Origin: Sphagnum compactum
Taxonomy: Eukaryota
Reading direction: 5' to 3'
Length of the DNA: 64,000 nucleotides
NCBI GenBank assembly: GCA_965153455.1
Contig: OZ234494.1
Location: 7,502,001 to 7,566,000 of the forward strand
Below are positions 13,409 to 24,775 of the stretch, piece by piece; positions within the stretch are counted from its first letter, which is position 1; each line of letters begins with the position of its first letter. A program made the position numbers and the translations under genes. The notes under the pieces are model-generated. The model was not told the origin of the DNA, did no database searches, and saw only the letters and a program-made list of their open reading frames with translations.

Positions 13409-16121
13409 TTACAGGCGTTTCTTGTGTATCTTCATCTGGTTTTCTCGTTCAATGTACTTGAAGATGGTCCCGTCATATTGACCACGTATTCCTTCCTTAG
13501 GTACATAACCATCTCTGTCCATCAACAATAAGTAAACAGCAAACCACTCCAATTTTTCGGCAGTCCTGCATCAGTGGAAATAACCAGCTTAATGTTGGGT
13601 TGAGTTTAGTTCCAGAGAAAAACTTCATGGTGGGTAATCCACAAATATTTCATGACCATTAGGTATATGAATACATACCAGATTTGCACTCTACAATTTC
13701 TGCTTCGAAAATTTTACGCTGACATATAAAATTAGCAAACTATGGAGAGGACTGATGAATCAAATCATGAGATTATAACACCGTGACTTGCCAACCAAAG
13801 GGATCCATGGCGCAGCGATTCGCTTCAGTCATCTCCCACAGTTCTCCAGGCGTCAACCGCGTTTTCTCCGTTTTAGCAAACTTGCTAAATAGTTCTTCAA
13901 ATTTCTCTGGCACGAACCTGGTTCCAACGTACCAAAGACAAATTTCATGGATTCATTATTATCGACGATCATATCCCGATATAAAGAAGCGGATGTCATG
14001 CAGATACAATCAAAGTCAACAAAACAAGTGCTTGAATCAAACAGGACAATCATCGAACTTAAGTTGTCACCATCTCGCATATCAGCATCAACTGATTTTT
14101 CTTAACCAATTTACATTGGTTACCAAGATTATTGCCTCATGTCTGGGTGAGCTTCAGAAACAGGGATGTCCAGCAAAAGGTAGACATCATTCCCGGCCTG
14201 TGAGCAAATTTATTATTCCGATAGTGAAAAAACCATAAATCCGCGTACCATTGGGCTTGCAGGAATACAGCCACCCCAGTACACCACATCATGTTTTGAG
14301 CTACACTTCTAGATTAAAGGCACGTAGCTTAACATTTTTCTAGTAATTTTTACCTCCCCTCAGTGTCGTAAACTCCTGAGTCGCTACCATGTTTAGCCCT
14401 GTGTATGTTCTTGATGTAGATTGGGAAGAGAGGCGACGGGATCCAAGACTGCACAGGCCGATCATTCCATTCACCAGTTCCGATCACTCCCAAGACATAT
14501 ATGACAATACTAATTACTGCTTGAAACACGGCGTCTAGCTATTCATCTGACTTGGACAAAGACAATATGAAGAATGTACGGCAAAGTTATTCTGTGACCA
14601 GTGTGGGCTGTGTAAGGTAACGTAAAATTCTCACATCAAGAGTGACCCAACTGAATGAACCGTTGATGAGCACCATTGCCCAGAATGAGAAAAGCAGGTT
14701 GAATCCAATGGCTCTAAAACCTACAAATATGTGTGAACACGTATAAGAGTCAATATAGTTATATATGACATTATAGGTATCATCAATGAACATCTGCCGG
14801 CCTCAGCTAATTCATCAAGCAGCTTTCATACCACATGATCCTGCATTCTTCTCAAAACTTGCACTGGCCCACACCTGAATATTAATCTAGTCTTTATTAT
14901 ATGTTGTGTACTCATGACTCATGCGGATGGGAAACCAAAAAAATAATAAATGTACGTGTACTCCTCGTACCCTCAAACGTCTCCCATGGATAGATAATGC
15001 CATCGTCGTTGCGGTCAAAGAAGGCCACATGCTGCTGAAGGACGGAAAGGCCTTTGGGGTCGTGACCTGGGGTTCCAGTTGGATTTTCCACGTCAACTGC
15101 CTTCAATGCCCTTGGTACATCTGCAGTGTCACAACATAATAATCCACATAACAACATACATGCTTAATGTTAGACATCATGATTTGATTCGCAACTGTAC
15201 TAGATATGAGTACGTAGCAATATAATTATTGTGCACCTGCATGCAATTACGGAGTCACCGCGATAACCGACGATTCTTTTTCTACCCGTCATGCAACACG
15301 GCATGGTGCATGAATAGTGGAGCCGCGTGGAGGCCTTGATTAAAACCCACAATTTGTTTGCAAGATACTAGATCTAGGGAAACTGTACGATCAAAGTTTT
15401 TATTACAAGTAATAAGGAGCTCTTGGATGATTCCTTGCGGAAAATTGTCTTACTTTACCTTCAAGAATAGACTAAAAACGCAAGTAAGAGGGAATTGTGA
15501 ACACTGGGAGTTCTGCAACATTCCCAGGGAGCCTCACAGGGAAAGTTCAATTATGCCATCTAGAAGGGTACTGTGAACCAATGTAAACGGGGAACTTGGT
15601 AAATTTTCCCTGATTGGAAAGCACCTATTGAAGGAAAAGAATTTTCCCTTTGACATTGGGTCTAAGAGGAATAACTGAGAGCGTTCCCACATTGCACACG
15701 GAGTTCAACGAAAACTCCTTTTGTCACCGTCATGACGAATACAGTCCGATCTTCTTTGTGACGGAAGCCCTCAGGTCCTAACCATCGGCTCAGCGATCAA
15801 GTTGAACAGTACTACTTGGCGTAAAAGGCATGTACAATTCGCGTCCAGAAACATCCGCGGCCCGAAATATTACCGTATGTCAATATTTCCCCCAGAAAAT
15901 TGCATGCAACGACTAATTCCTGCTCCTGCGTTCCTCGACGCACAGTACTTTAAGAAGGTATTAGAAACCAGAAAGAAAAATATGCACGCACGAGGTTTCG
16001 GAATGCTTCTGTCGATGCCGTGTGTGGCGACGACGCGCTTGTAGGTAACTGGACATTTTGGGGCCACGGTCGATAAGTCGGGGTCGACCTGGCGAGTCTC
16101 GTCCGCTAAGTTACTCCGCAT
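13409..16121 (-). CDS. Caleosin / peroxygenase (EF-hand lipid-droplet protein), 6 exons, about 247 aa
   Basis: Exons 16121-15992, 15120-14971, 14720-14635, 14448-14354, 13917-13792 and 13565-13409 (130+150+86+95+126+157 = 744 nt, open frame). Motifs: [23 protein letters not shown] (EF-hand plus His), proline-knot-like [41 protein letters not shown]. Confidence 0.96.
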
Positions 16122-16399
16122 ACTGCAGTATACTGATCTGCAATATGACGAGGATAATAGGCCGTATGCTGCTGAACAAAACTGATCAACGTTGGAAGGT
16201 GAAACGCGGCGGGAGCAATAATATCTCCTCAAGTGCGCTTAGCTAGGCTGATGATCAAGGCGCTTAGGATTCTAGATTGAAGCTCAACGTCGACGCTGAT
16301 GATTATTTCAAAGGAAAAAAGGCCAGTGTTCACTGATACTGCAAGGCGGAGTCAGCTAGTAGAAAAGGGGAAAAAAAGAGAAATCTTCATGAATTGCCG

Positions 16400-16510
16400 G
16401 CCATGCAGGTCTATATATACGCATGCATTCGTCGTCACAGTCCATGTTCACGTGGTTGATGCCACGTCTGACTGCAACTTTTGCAAATTTGCTGGCGCAG
16501 CAAATTTGCC
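16400..16510 (-). promoter_or_regulatory. Caleosin proximal promoter: TATA, RY (CATGCA) x2, G-box/ABRE x2
   Basis: CATGCA at 16402 and 16422, TATATATA at 16412-16419, CACGTGG at 16449, GCCACGT (ACGTGGC on -) at 16461; all about 280-350 bp upstream of the ATG. Confidence 0.6.
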
Positions 16511-17039
16511 CCGTGGTTGTCGTGCCCACTTGTAGCTTGCTTGAGTTGAATCCAGTCTTATGCCAGACATACAGGTGGATCAATTGACCTCCTGTATCAC
16601 ATCAAGGTATGCATACTGTTATGATCAGCCTGCGGCAGGAAATGAGATTATCTTACATTAGTCTTTCACCTCGGTCTACCAGTTGAGTTCGAATCCTTCT
16701 GAGGCGAGGGGCAACTCTGAAGAAATAGCAACTATTTTATTGAAGAGACAAAATAGTGCGTACAGAACGTCAAGCTACTAACTTCCGAGCAAGAAAGGTC
16801 AAAGAATAAATACTATCCAGAAAAACAGCCAACCGGTGGTATCTAAACGGCGAGCGGTGGATCCACTTGGAGAGATCAGCAAGTGCATGGACGGTAGGCC
16901 CATGTGATGTGATTCACGTCTGCTGTCTTAATTTTAGAATAAGAATATTTTACGTTATTCTAGTTGCTAAATTAAAGAATTAGGTATGAACATGCATCAA
17001 CACCTTCCCTCAAACCTAGTTCTTTTCTAGACTACTGTA

Positions 17040-17345
17040 AATTAAATGTGAATATGATCTTTTGTACCTTCTATTTGTCTTAGCCAATGAAAAATAGTAA
17101 GAGTACTGAAGTCTACTGGACCAACAAGTTTCCTCAATTCTTTGAACCGGGTGATGACTAATGGCTTGGTAAGTAAGTTGGCTTGTTGAATGATTGTAGG
17201 CATGTACACAACCACCAACTTTCCTACCCGCGCACACTTCTTGATGTAATGGTGATGGATTTCAATGCGTTTTATCCTTGCATGAAACACCAATTGCTCA
17301 CTAGCTTGATCACGCTTTGCTTGTCACATGTAATTGTCAGCTTGT
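17040..17345 (-). mobile_element. Ty1/copia retrotransposon RNase H fragment (degenerate)
   Basis: Translation CDKQSVIKL...VFHARIKRIEIHHHYIK...YMPTIIQQANLLTKPL...FKELRKLVG matches the copia RNase H consensus DN.SAI...FH.RTKHI....H.IRE...Q.AD.LTK.L. Confidence 0.8.
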
Positions 17346-17459
17346 TGTCCAACAGTGCAACTCAAAAAGTAAGATTTGAAACCAAATCACTTCCTTTGTT
17401 GTGCATCTATCAAAGAGTGATATTCTACTTTAGTATTAGATAACAAGATAGTGGGTTGT

Positions 17460-18900
17460 CACTTATTGGATGAAAACACACTAAGGCTAAGTCACTGTTC
17501 ACCAAAAAAGGTGATGTATAAAGAGTATTATAATACGTAATAAACTAATATCTTGATGGTATCCTTTGGCTATCTTAAGCATAAGCAAAAACTCTAAAAT
17601 TTGCATGACAACCTTTTGGAATTCAAAGTTTACTTTGAATCAACATTAATCTTGATCCAACGGTTAGATGAAGAGGATGGGATAAAATTAATGTACGTAT
17701 AGAATATAACTTACAGTTGGGTGAAAGCACACTACGGGGGGCCAAAAATGTTGTCACATTGTAGTGTTTTCCACGGGTGTCCATGTTTGAACTTCAACCA
17801 TGATAATTTTGGAACATTTTTTAAAAACTTTTTGCATAATATGACAATCCATGATATAAAGAATTCAATCAAAAAGAAATTTCCTCTTTCCAACTTATAT
17901 TTTGTGATTTTAAAATATATTTGTGACAAAAAAATGTAAATCACTGTGTATTAAAAAAATGAAAATATATTCATAAAATTTACATATAATAACTACATTG
18001 AATGAATTTTTTCCCATCTATGTATTATAGTGTGACTAAATCAATTTTAATCTATATGAGAAGCTTTGAAAAAATAATCTCAAAAATAGCTAAAAGGGTG
18101 AAAGCACACTATGGGTGAGTTAATTTTCATCAAAAAAGGTGATGTATAACTAAAATCATAATAGGCAGTAAATTTAAATTTTGATGGCATCATTTGACAA
18201 TCCTATACATAAACAAAAAGCCCTAGAATGTGCACAACAACATTTTGGAACTTAAATTTCACTTTAAATTAAGATTAATTTCAACCCAACGATTAAATGA
18301 AAAGGATTGAATAAATCAATGTACATAACATATATAATGTGCAGTTTTTTGTCGGCCATAGGACTTCATGTTTGTGGTTCATAAAACATTATTAAACAAA
18401 AGAAATCTAAAAATAATGTAATGTTCGATTATAAAATATTTTCCTTTTTCATTTGGAATTGGTTTTTTCTTTAAATACATAAAAAATATTTTGCCTTTAT
18501 TGCTGAAAAAAATGAAAAAAACACATTTTTTAATGAATTTTCAACCAAAAATTTTAACTTCCAAATGGCCCTAGATTCAATTGATGGATATCAATAATAG
18601 TGACCATAAAAAATTTCACTAAAAAATTCCACCCACAAGCCCAATTTTAAACTATGTATGCAATTTTTCATACTTCATGATGAATATTATTTCATCACAA
18701 ATATAATTCATATGTTGAAGTTCACCAATGTTTGTTAGAGTTTTTTTTTAAAGGATTTTCTTAAGTCTAAATCTAATCCAATATACTTCAAATAAACAAA
18801 ATAATCCAATGTGATGTTTATATTTACATAAAAAAAACCAAATGTGGAAATGCAATATTTGTGACTACAATTTTTGGGGGGCGTAGTGTGTTTTTACCCA
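17460..18900. repeat. TE-terminal-like region with a degenerate direct duplication and an inverted repeat
   Basis: Block ttca.caaaaaaggtgatgtataa... at about 17497 recurs at about 18127. GGGTGAAAGCACACTA occurs at 17719 and 18096, with an inverted copy (gtgactacaatttttggggggcgtagtgtgtttttaccc) at 18861-18899. Confidence 0.6.
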
Positions 18901-19899
18901 AAATTTTGATTTTTGGAAAACTTTGACCATTACTATGGGAAACTTTGAATTTTTTGGGGCAAATCACATATGCTTTTGTAGTAATGAAAAACCTAAGATG
19001 GGTATGATGTTGAAATTTCATTTGAATTCCATATTTAGAAGCCACATTAAACCAGAAAATAAGAAAAAAAAATGAAATTGGGATTCCATTATACTATTAT
19101 AGACTTAGTGTAACTTTAGTATTACTACTCTCTGAATATGGACCATTAGATTAAAGTGGCATCTTTAATGGCATTAATTTTTTGGAATTTCAAAAATCTA
19201 GGGAAAACCTGCCAAAATAAAAGTGTAAAAAGTAGCTAATGAAAGTGATTGTAGTGTGCCCAAGCACATTTGAGTGAAAATATGATTGGGTGGCACCACA
19301 AGAAACATCACACTTTAATTTTTCAAGACCCATCAGACTTTGGAAAAATATAGGAAACACATAAAAAAAGGTTTTTAGTAAATGTTTTTGTTAAATACAT
19401 TAACTAGGTTGTATAAATTTTGAAACTTCAACAATGGAAAAAATATTTTGAATTTTTTTGTTCCTATTCATTACATTCACACAAAGTTTTAAGAAATTAA
19501 CAATGATTATTTAAACTTTTTGGTTAAGAACATTTTTCAAACAAGGTTTGGAGTTTTGTTTTGTGGATATAATTTTCTAAGGTAATTTCAATGGTATTCT
19601 ATTTGATTTTTTATTCGGTAATTATTTGAATAGGTATGATTTAATTATGAATTTCCAAAGTTTAAAAACTTAAAGGGCCACATCAATAGGGAATATAAAT
19701 TTGTAATGATTTCCACCTTTTTTCATTGTAATGGAAACTTCAAGCCATATACTTTGGCATGCAATAAATAAACATGAGAAAAAAATAATTTATGATTATG
19801 AAAACATTCAAAGAAAGGGGCCCAAGAATATTATTTGGCCAATTTTTGTTCCTTGATTGTCCTTTGAGGGTGTTCGTAGTGGGTCCACCCAATCATACT

Positions 19900-20560
19900 T
19901 CCACCCATTTATGATTATTCCTTTATTTTTTGTCAGTAGGAATGTGAATGTAAATACACTATCCAATTACTTCTAGAAGCCCACACCCCTGAAATTTTTT
20001 TATGACAGAAACCAAACAAACTAGGGTTCTCATTATACTTTCAAGCCCCCTCATGCCCATTTTTTTTAATGAAACACAAATGTGGATTAGGCACTTGTCA
20101 TTAAAGTTGTTTAATCCAACTATTCTCCTCCCACACACCATTTTTTGGTTTTGGCAAATCGAATCCGAATTTTCCACATGTTGATTGAAGGTTCCTTTTC
20201 AAAAAAGATAATTTTTTAGTGCCTACACACACCCCCTTATTTAGAAGGATTTCTTTCAAAGCACCCACATGTACATCAAGGCTATGATGAATATTTCTCC
20301 TCCCACACACACCTTTGATTTTGGAAAATTGAATTTGATTCTTCCACATGTTGATTGAGGGGCCTTTTTCAAAGTCTTTTGTTTCTCAATACCCACACAC
20401 ACCCCCAAATTTTTTTTTTGGAGGGAATTTCTTTAATGCACCCACATGTGCATATTCAAGTTTTTCCAAAGCAACTGCATGCCCAAATTTGATTCCATGA
20501 ACTACAAATTTCAATTTGCCACGTGTTTGACTACACTCTTCAATACTAATTTTGGGCTTC
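19900..20560. repeat. Imperfect tandem repeats (about 180-bp period) with cccacacac motifs
   Basis: ctcccacacac...ttttgg.aaat.gaat...ttccacatgttgattga.gg at about 20127 and 20298; gcacccacatgt at about 20261 and 20438. Confidence 0.6.
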
Positions 20561-21954
20561 TTACACACCTAATTTTTAAAATTCTAGAATCAAATGGGCT
20601 CATCACATAAGGTTTTTTCACGGAATTTTTGTTTGACCAAATAGTTACCATCCATATGGAGATGTGAAAAAATATGGTTTTTTCCTTGGAAAAAAATCAA
20701 TTTTTATATGAACTAAAAATAACTATTACATATCTTAAATCATCTTTTATATTTTTGAAAACCAAAAATACATGTATGATCAAAAAAAAATTCCTTTATT
20801 ATGGCAACTAAAATTATTCAAATTCATTGATTTTAATTTTAGTTTTAATTTATGGGCAAATTGTTGTTAATAAAAAAACAACTATGTATTCAAAGCTAGA
20901 TTCCTTTAACCACACTAATGTAAATTTGGAATTTTTCTTCAAGTTTAGATTAAATAAACAAAAAAATGGGAAAATATGAAATATTAAAAATATGAAAATA
21001 AAAATAAAAAAACTTCTTTGAAATTTCGTAAATTCGAAAAAAAAAAATCAAAAAATGGGAAAATTTGCCAAAGTTCAGAAAACAAAAAATAAAAACCACT
21101 TGTCCCGATGACCATTTTGGTAAAGCCTATGGAAACTGTCCAACTATAGTTTTTTAGAACCATATTTTTTTTGTAGTTATGCGCAACATAAAAATGAACC
21201 TAACATGTTTCTAAACCCACATGACCTTACTATCCTTCTTGAGCAAATAAATCTTTCTTACGCATGTGTCTACTCAGACTTCATTCCTATAATTAATAAA
21301 AGAATCCAAAAAAATTACAATCATTACCTTGAACATTTTGAGTTTCATCCTCTCAAATTACAAGCGCAAATATAATAGTGCACTTTTTGAGTTAGGTCCT
21401 TTCCAATCAATGCCAACACCCCATTCAACACCCCTTTGTCCATCACCTTTCTTCTTAGTCATGTTCAATGTACTCTCCAAATATCGCATGCACTACATAG
21501 TGAAAATCCTTTGCATCTCTACTTAGGTAGGAAACAACAACAACAAAATCACAAATTTTTTAACACATGGCGACACAAAATTTTGCAAATCACAATGTCT
21601 AATCAAAGCAAATTCAAATTGCAATGGACAAATCGCATGATTTTCATGTAAGTAATTAATTAAATAGTTCTATCTTATCATCACCACGCTTACCTACGAG
21701 TTGAAGTATTCAAGGTTTTAGTTGAGCATGTGGGTTGAACTTGATTACTTGGGATTGAATTCATATGTAGTGATTAATTCAGATGTAAAAGGTGTTGTTT
21801 TTGTATGTAGCTGAAGGAGAGGGACACCTTTGATCTTGGAGGTCAAACTTAAAAAATAAATAGTTAGTGTTGTTTTCTAGTTACAATGAGATAAGAGATG
21901 CAAAGAGACGTGTATCAAAAAGAGACCAATGAAGGAGATGGATTTTAAACGGGG

Positions 21955-22116
21955 GACTTGTCATCTATCTTGCCTGATGAATTGGTCTTGGGTGCCATTT
22001 GGCCTAAACTATGTCAAGTCACCCCATGGAAGGAGAGATACAAATCGTCTCATAGTTTACTTCTTTCTAACAAAGCTTAGAAGCATGTTGTAAACCATAG
22101 CCAAGAGTGGCTCCAC
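21955..22116 (+). pseudogene. F-box-like relic
   Basis: DLSSILPDELVLGAIWPKL...SLLLSNKA*KHVVNHSQEW resembles the F-box pattern LPDE....I...L...V.K.W...v; the expected Trp codon is TAG. Confidence 0.45.
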
Positions 22117-23479
22117 TCCAAGTTGCAAATCAATATCATTCATTTTGATCGACTTATAGTAGTGGAGCACAATAGAACAAACAAAGTGGTTACAACAACC
22201 CCAAAAGAAGAGCAATAGAGAACAATGTGGCTATAGCAAGCTTGGAAAAGGAACAACAATTGACATATTATTTACAATAGTTCTGGAGCTATGGATCAAA
22301 ACTAATTTTTAGAAGAACCCAAGATGAACTAGCATGCATACAATTGAGGTTCTTCTAATACCATCAAATCCACCATGTTCATCTTTGACTTGTAATGCAT
22401 AAATTACCTACTTTGAGATTGTAAAAGATTACAACTTGTTTCATCAATATTCCCTTATGGTTATTTTTACTAGCAAATTATTTGATAGTTGATTGAACAA
22501 GTTTTCATTTGGTCTGTGTATGTAAGGTGTTGTGTGCATGGTGTTCAAATGGGTAATGCATAGATGGCCCAACAATGGGTAGGACATTTTTGACCTAGGC
22601 CACAAACAAGGCCTGTGCAAAGTGCACAACAAGCTACGGAACTTGCTAAAAGGCAAGCCATTGAGCTTGCAAAGATTACTCGCCTTGAAGAAAAAAAACT
22701 ACGAGTACAAGAGGAGAGGGTAGGTCAATAGTTGGCTACTAAGAAAGAACGAGAATTTGTAAGGCAATGGCAACAACGATGAAAAAAAAGGATACGGAAA
22801 GAGAATGAAACAACCCCTAATTTTGTGGTTGTAGGATTTGAAGATGATATGCTTCTAAACAAATTAACCATGTGGAGCATCAATCGGATTGCTCAAAAAA
22901 TTGTTACTTGGCTATCAAAAGAATTGGGCCAGTGTGTTAGCTTTACTTTGAGGTGGGCCATATTGGAAAAAGTCGTTACCCATAAAGCAATTTCTAACCT
23001 TTTGCCAGTGTACTATCCTAAGCTTCATGAGGCAAAAGTTCAACTTGCATTCCTTAAAAATTTCCAATCTAAATTCAGTCTTTTTAAAGGTTCCCAATCA
23101 AACAACAAACTAGCATGCAAAGATGCCTTGTTAGAAATAGTCATTAACACAAATGTTTCTGGAGTCCCAAATTTTGGAGTTTGATCTTTTTGAAGATTAC
23201 TGGGCACTAAGAGAACTAACATATATCATGCCTTAGTTAGACACTAATCTCTTCAAGCCCTTGGGGCATGAAAAACCTCATCCAAAGGTTAATAAGGTAC
23301 TTTTTGTTTCAATTTCAATTTTTCATTATTACAAAAAATGGGTTGGTAGGTCCGACTACATTTCACAAATAACATTTTTAAAAGTCCTAGATTATTTCGA
23401 TCAATACATTTAATCCTACCAAAAGGATTGTGTTCAACAAAGGTGGGAACACCATATCCGAACGAAGGTTTTCCAATTA

Positions 23480-24775
23480 AAGGATAATAGACCCCAATAA
23501 ATACTGGTCCTCCCCAAGATGGTCGCCAAATGACTCCAAAAAAATGGTATTATACAGCGATTGAACATGCTTTTGTATGGTGTATCATCTACAAGCAATG
23601 TGTTGCTAACGTGAGTATAAGGATAAGTAGAAAAGAAAACGTCAAGGTTTTTGTGAAAAATTGGTTTGTCAAGTTTATCTGGCATGAAATGTAGATTTTG
23701 CATACAAAACTCCTAATTAAACATTATGGAAACACGTATAGAGAATTCTATTTTGTGCTAGATTTGATCCAAATAATTATAAATATTGTGACAGTGGGCT
23801 GTAAACCAAATATAGACTTGGAATTGGACAAAACTTTTTTCTAGGAATTCTTTTAATCCAGGATTGACGCGCCCCCAAGTTCCTTGTTTGACCCAAAAAG
23901 GGTCCAACTATATTAAAGAGCGGAAGTAGTCGGAACTTGGTGCCGCTCCCAACTTCTAGCACTAAAGGGGGTGAGAGGGGCATGCTGAAAGCTCCGAGAC
24001 TAGACTAGGAAGAGGGACAATGTATTTAGTTACTCGGTCCTACATCAAAACCAACCAACAAGTTGGTTAGTTCACATTCGGAAACACTCTTAGTGTTGGG
24101 ACAAGCCACGGGTAACACGGACTCACTTGACTCACCACGGCCCGGACTCGGGGGAAGCCACCACCTTCCCCCATATAGTATTCTCTACGTTTGCCCACGG
24201 CACTTACATCCGAATGGCTTTTTGTCCCGGGACTCCCAAGGAGGAGTCCTGAAACTGTCCCGGTTTGGACTCCCAAAATTTTGGAAGCTCATAACTCCCA
24301 TTTTCGACCTCTGATTGGGATGAGGTCTGAAGAAAACTTGTAGCTCTCCTCAAGAACTTTCCAACGGTCTGTCGCACTCCACCTGCACACACCGGGATTG
24401 GGTTGATTCCCGACTTTTAGTGGTCGGGAGTCAAACTGCCAGTTTGACTCCCGGCCCTTCTTTTGAACATAACTTGTGCTGCAGATGTTTGAATGGCTCA
24501 TGCAAGGCCATTTTCGACATCTACATTTCAAGACCTTTTCGACGGTATAAAAAACACTTCAATGCAAGGTGTTTTGACCCCTGCAATCAAGCTCTGAGTT
24601 TTTGGAGTCCTTGAGGACTCCAAGTTCCCACTTTTGGGAGTGTGAGTTTCATTTCTCACACTTGCCTCAAAGTGGGGTTGTGAGAAGGATGGAGAATGAT
24701 GGTGCAAGAACCCTTATCTGAATGTGTGGCGATCAATGTTCCATTTGGATCAAAAATCACATGAAATGGACTCAC
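23480..24775 (-). pseudogene. FCP1/SCP (NIF-type HAD) phosphatase-like relic, split by a solo LTR
   Basis: Removing the LTR joins HVIFDPNGTLIA...IILHP to GLKEFLEK. Downstream frames give VYIW, then PIFHKNLDVFFSTYPYTHVSNTLLVDDTPYKSMFN. These are hallmark FCP1-homology motifs (DLxGTL, RPGLxEFL, LLVDDxPxK..N). Confidence 0.72.
23865..24685. mobile_element. Solo LTR (821 bp) with 5-bp target-site duplication AGGAT
   Basis: Starts TGACGC and ends GGTTGTGAGA (degenerate ...CA). AGGAT at 23860-23864 and 24686-24690. More GC- and CpG-rich than its flanks; interrupts an otherwise joinable reading frame. Confidence 0.85.

Noticed and set aside
24063-24614. Several overlapping ORFs in the GC-rich segment
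   Set aside because: They lie within the solo LTR and show no recognizable domain.
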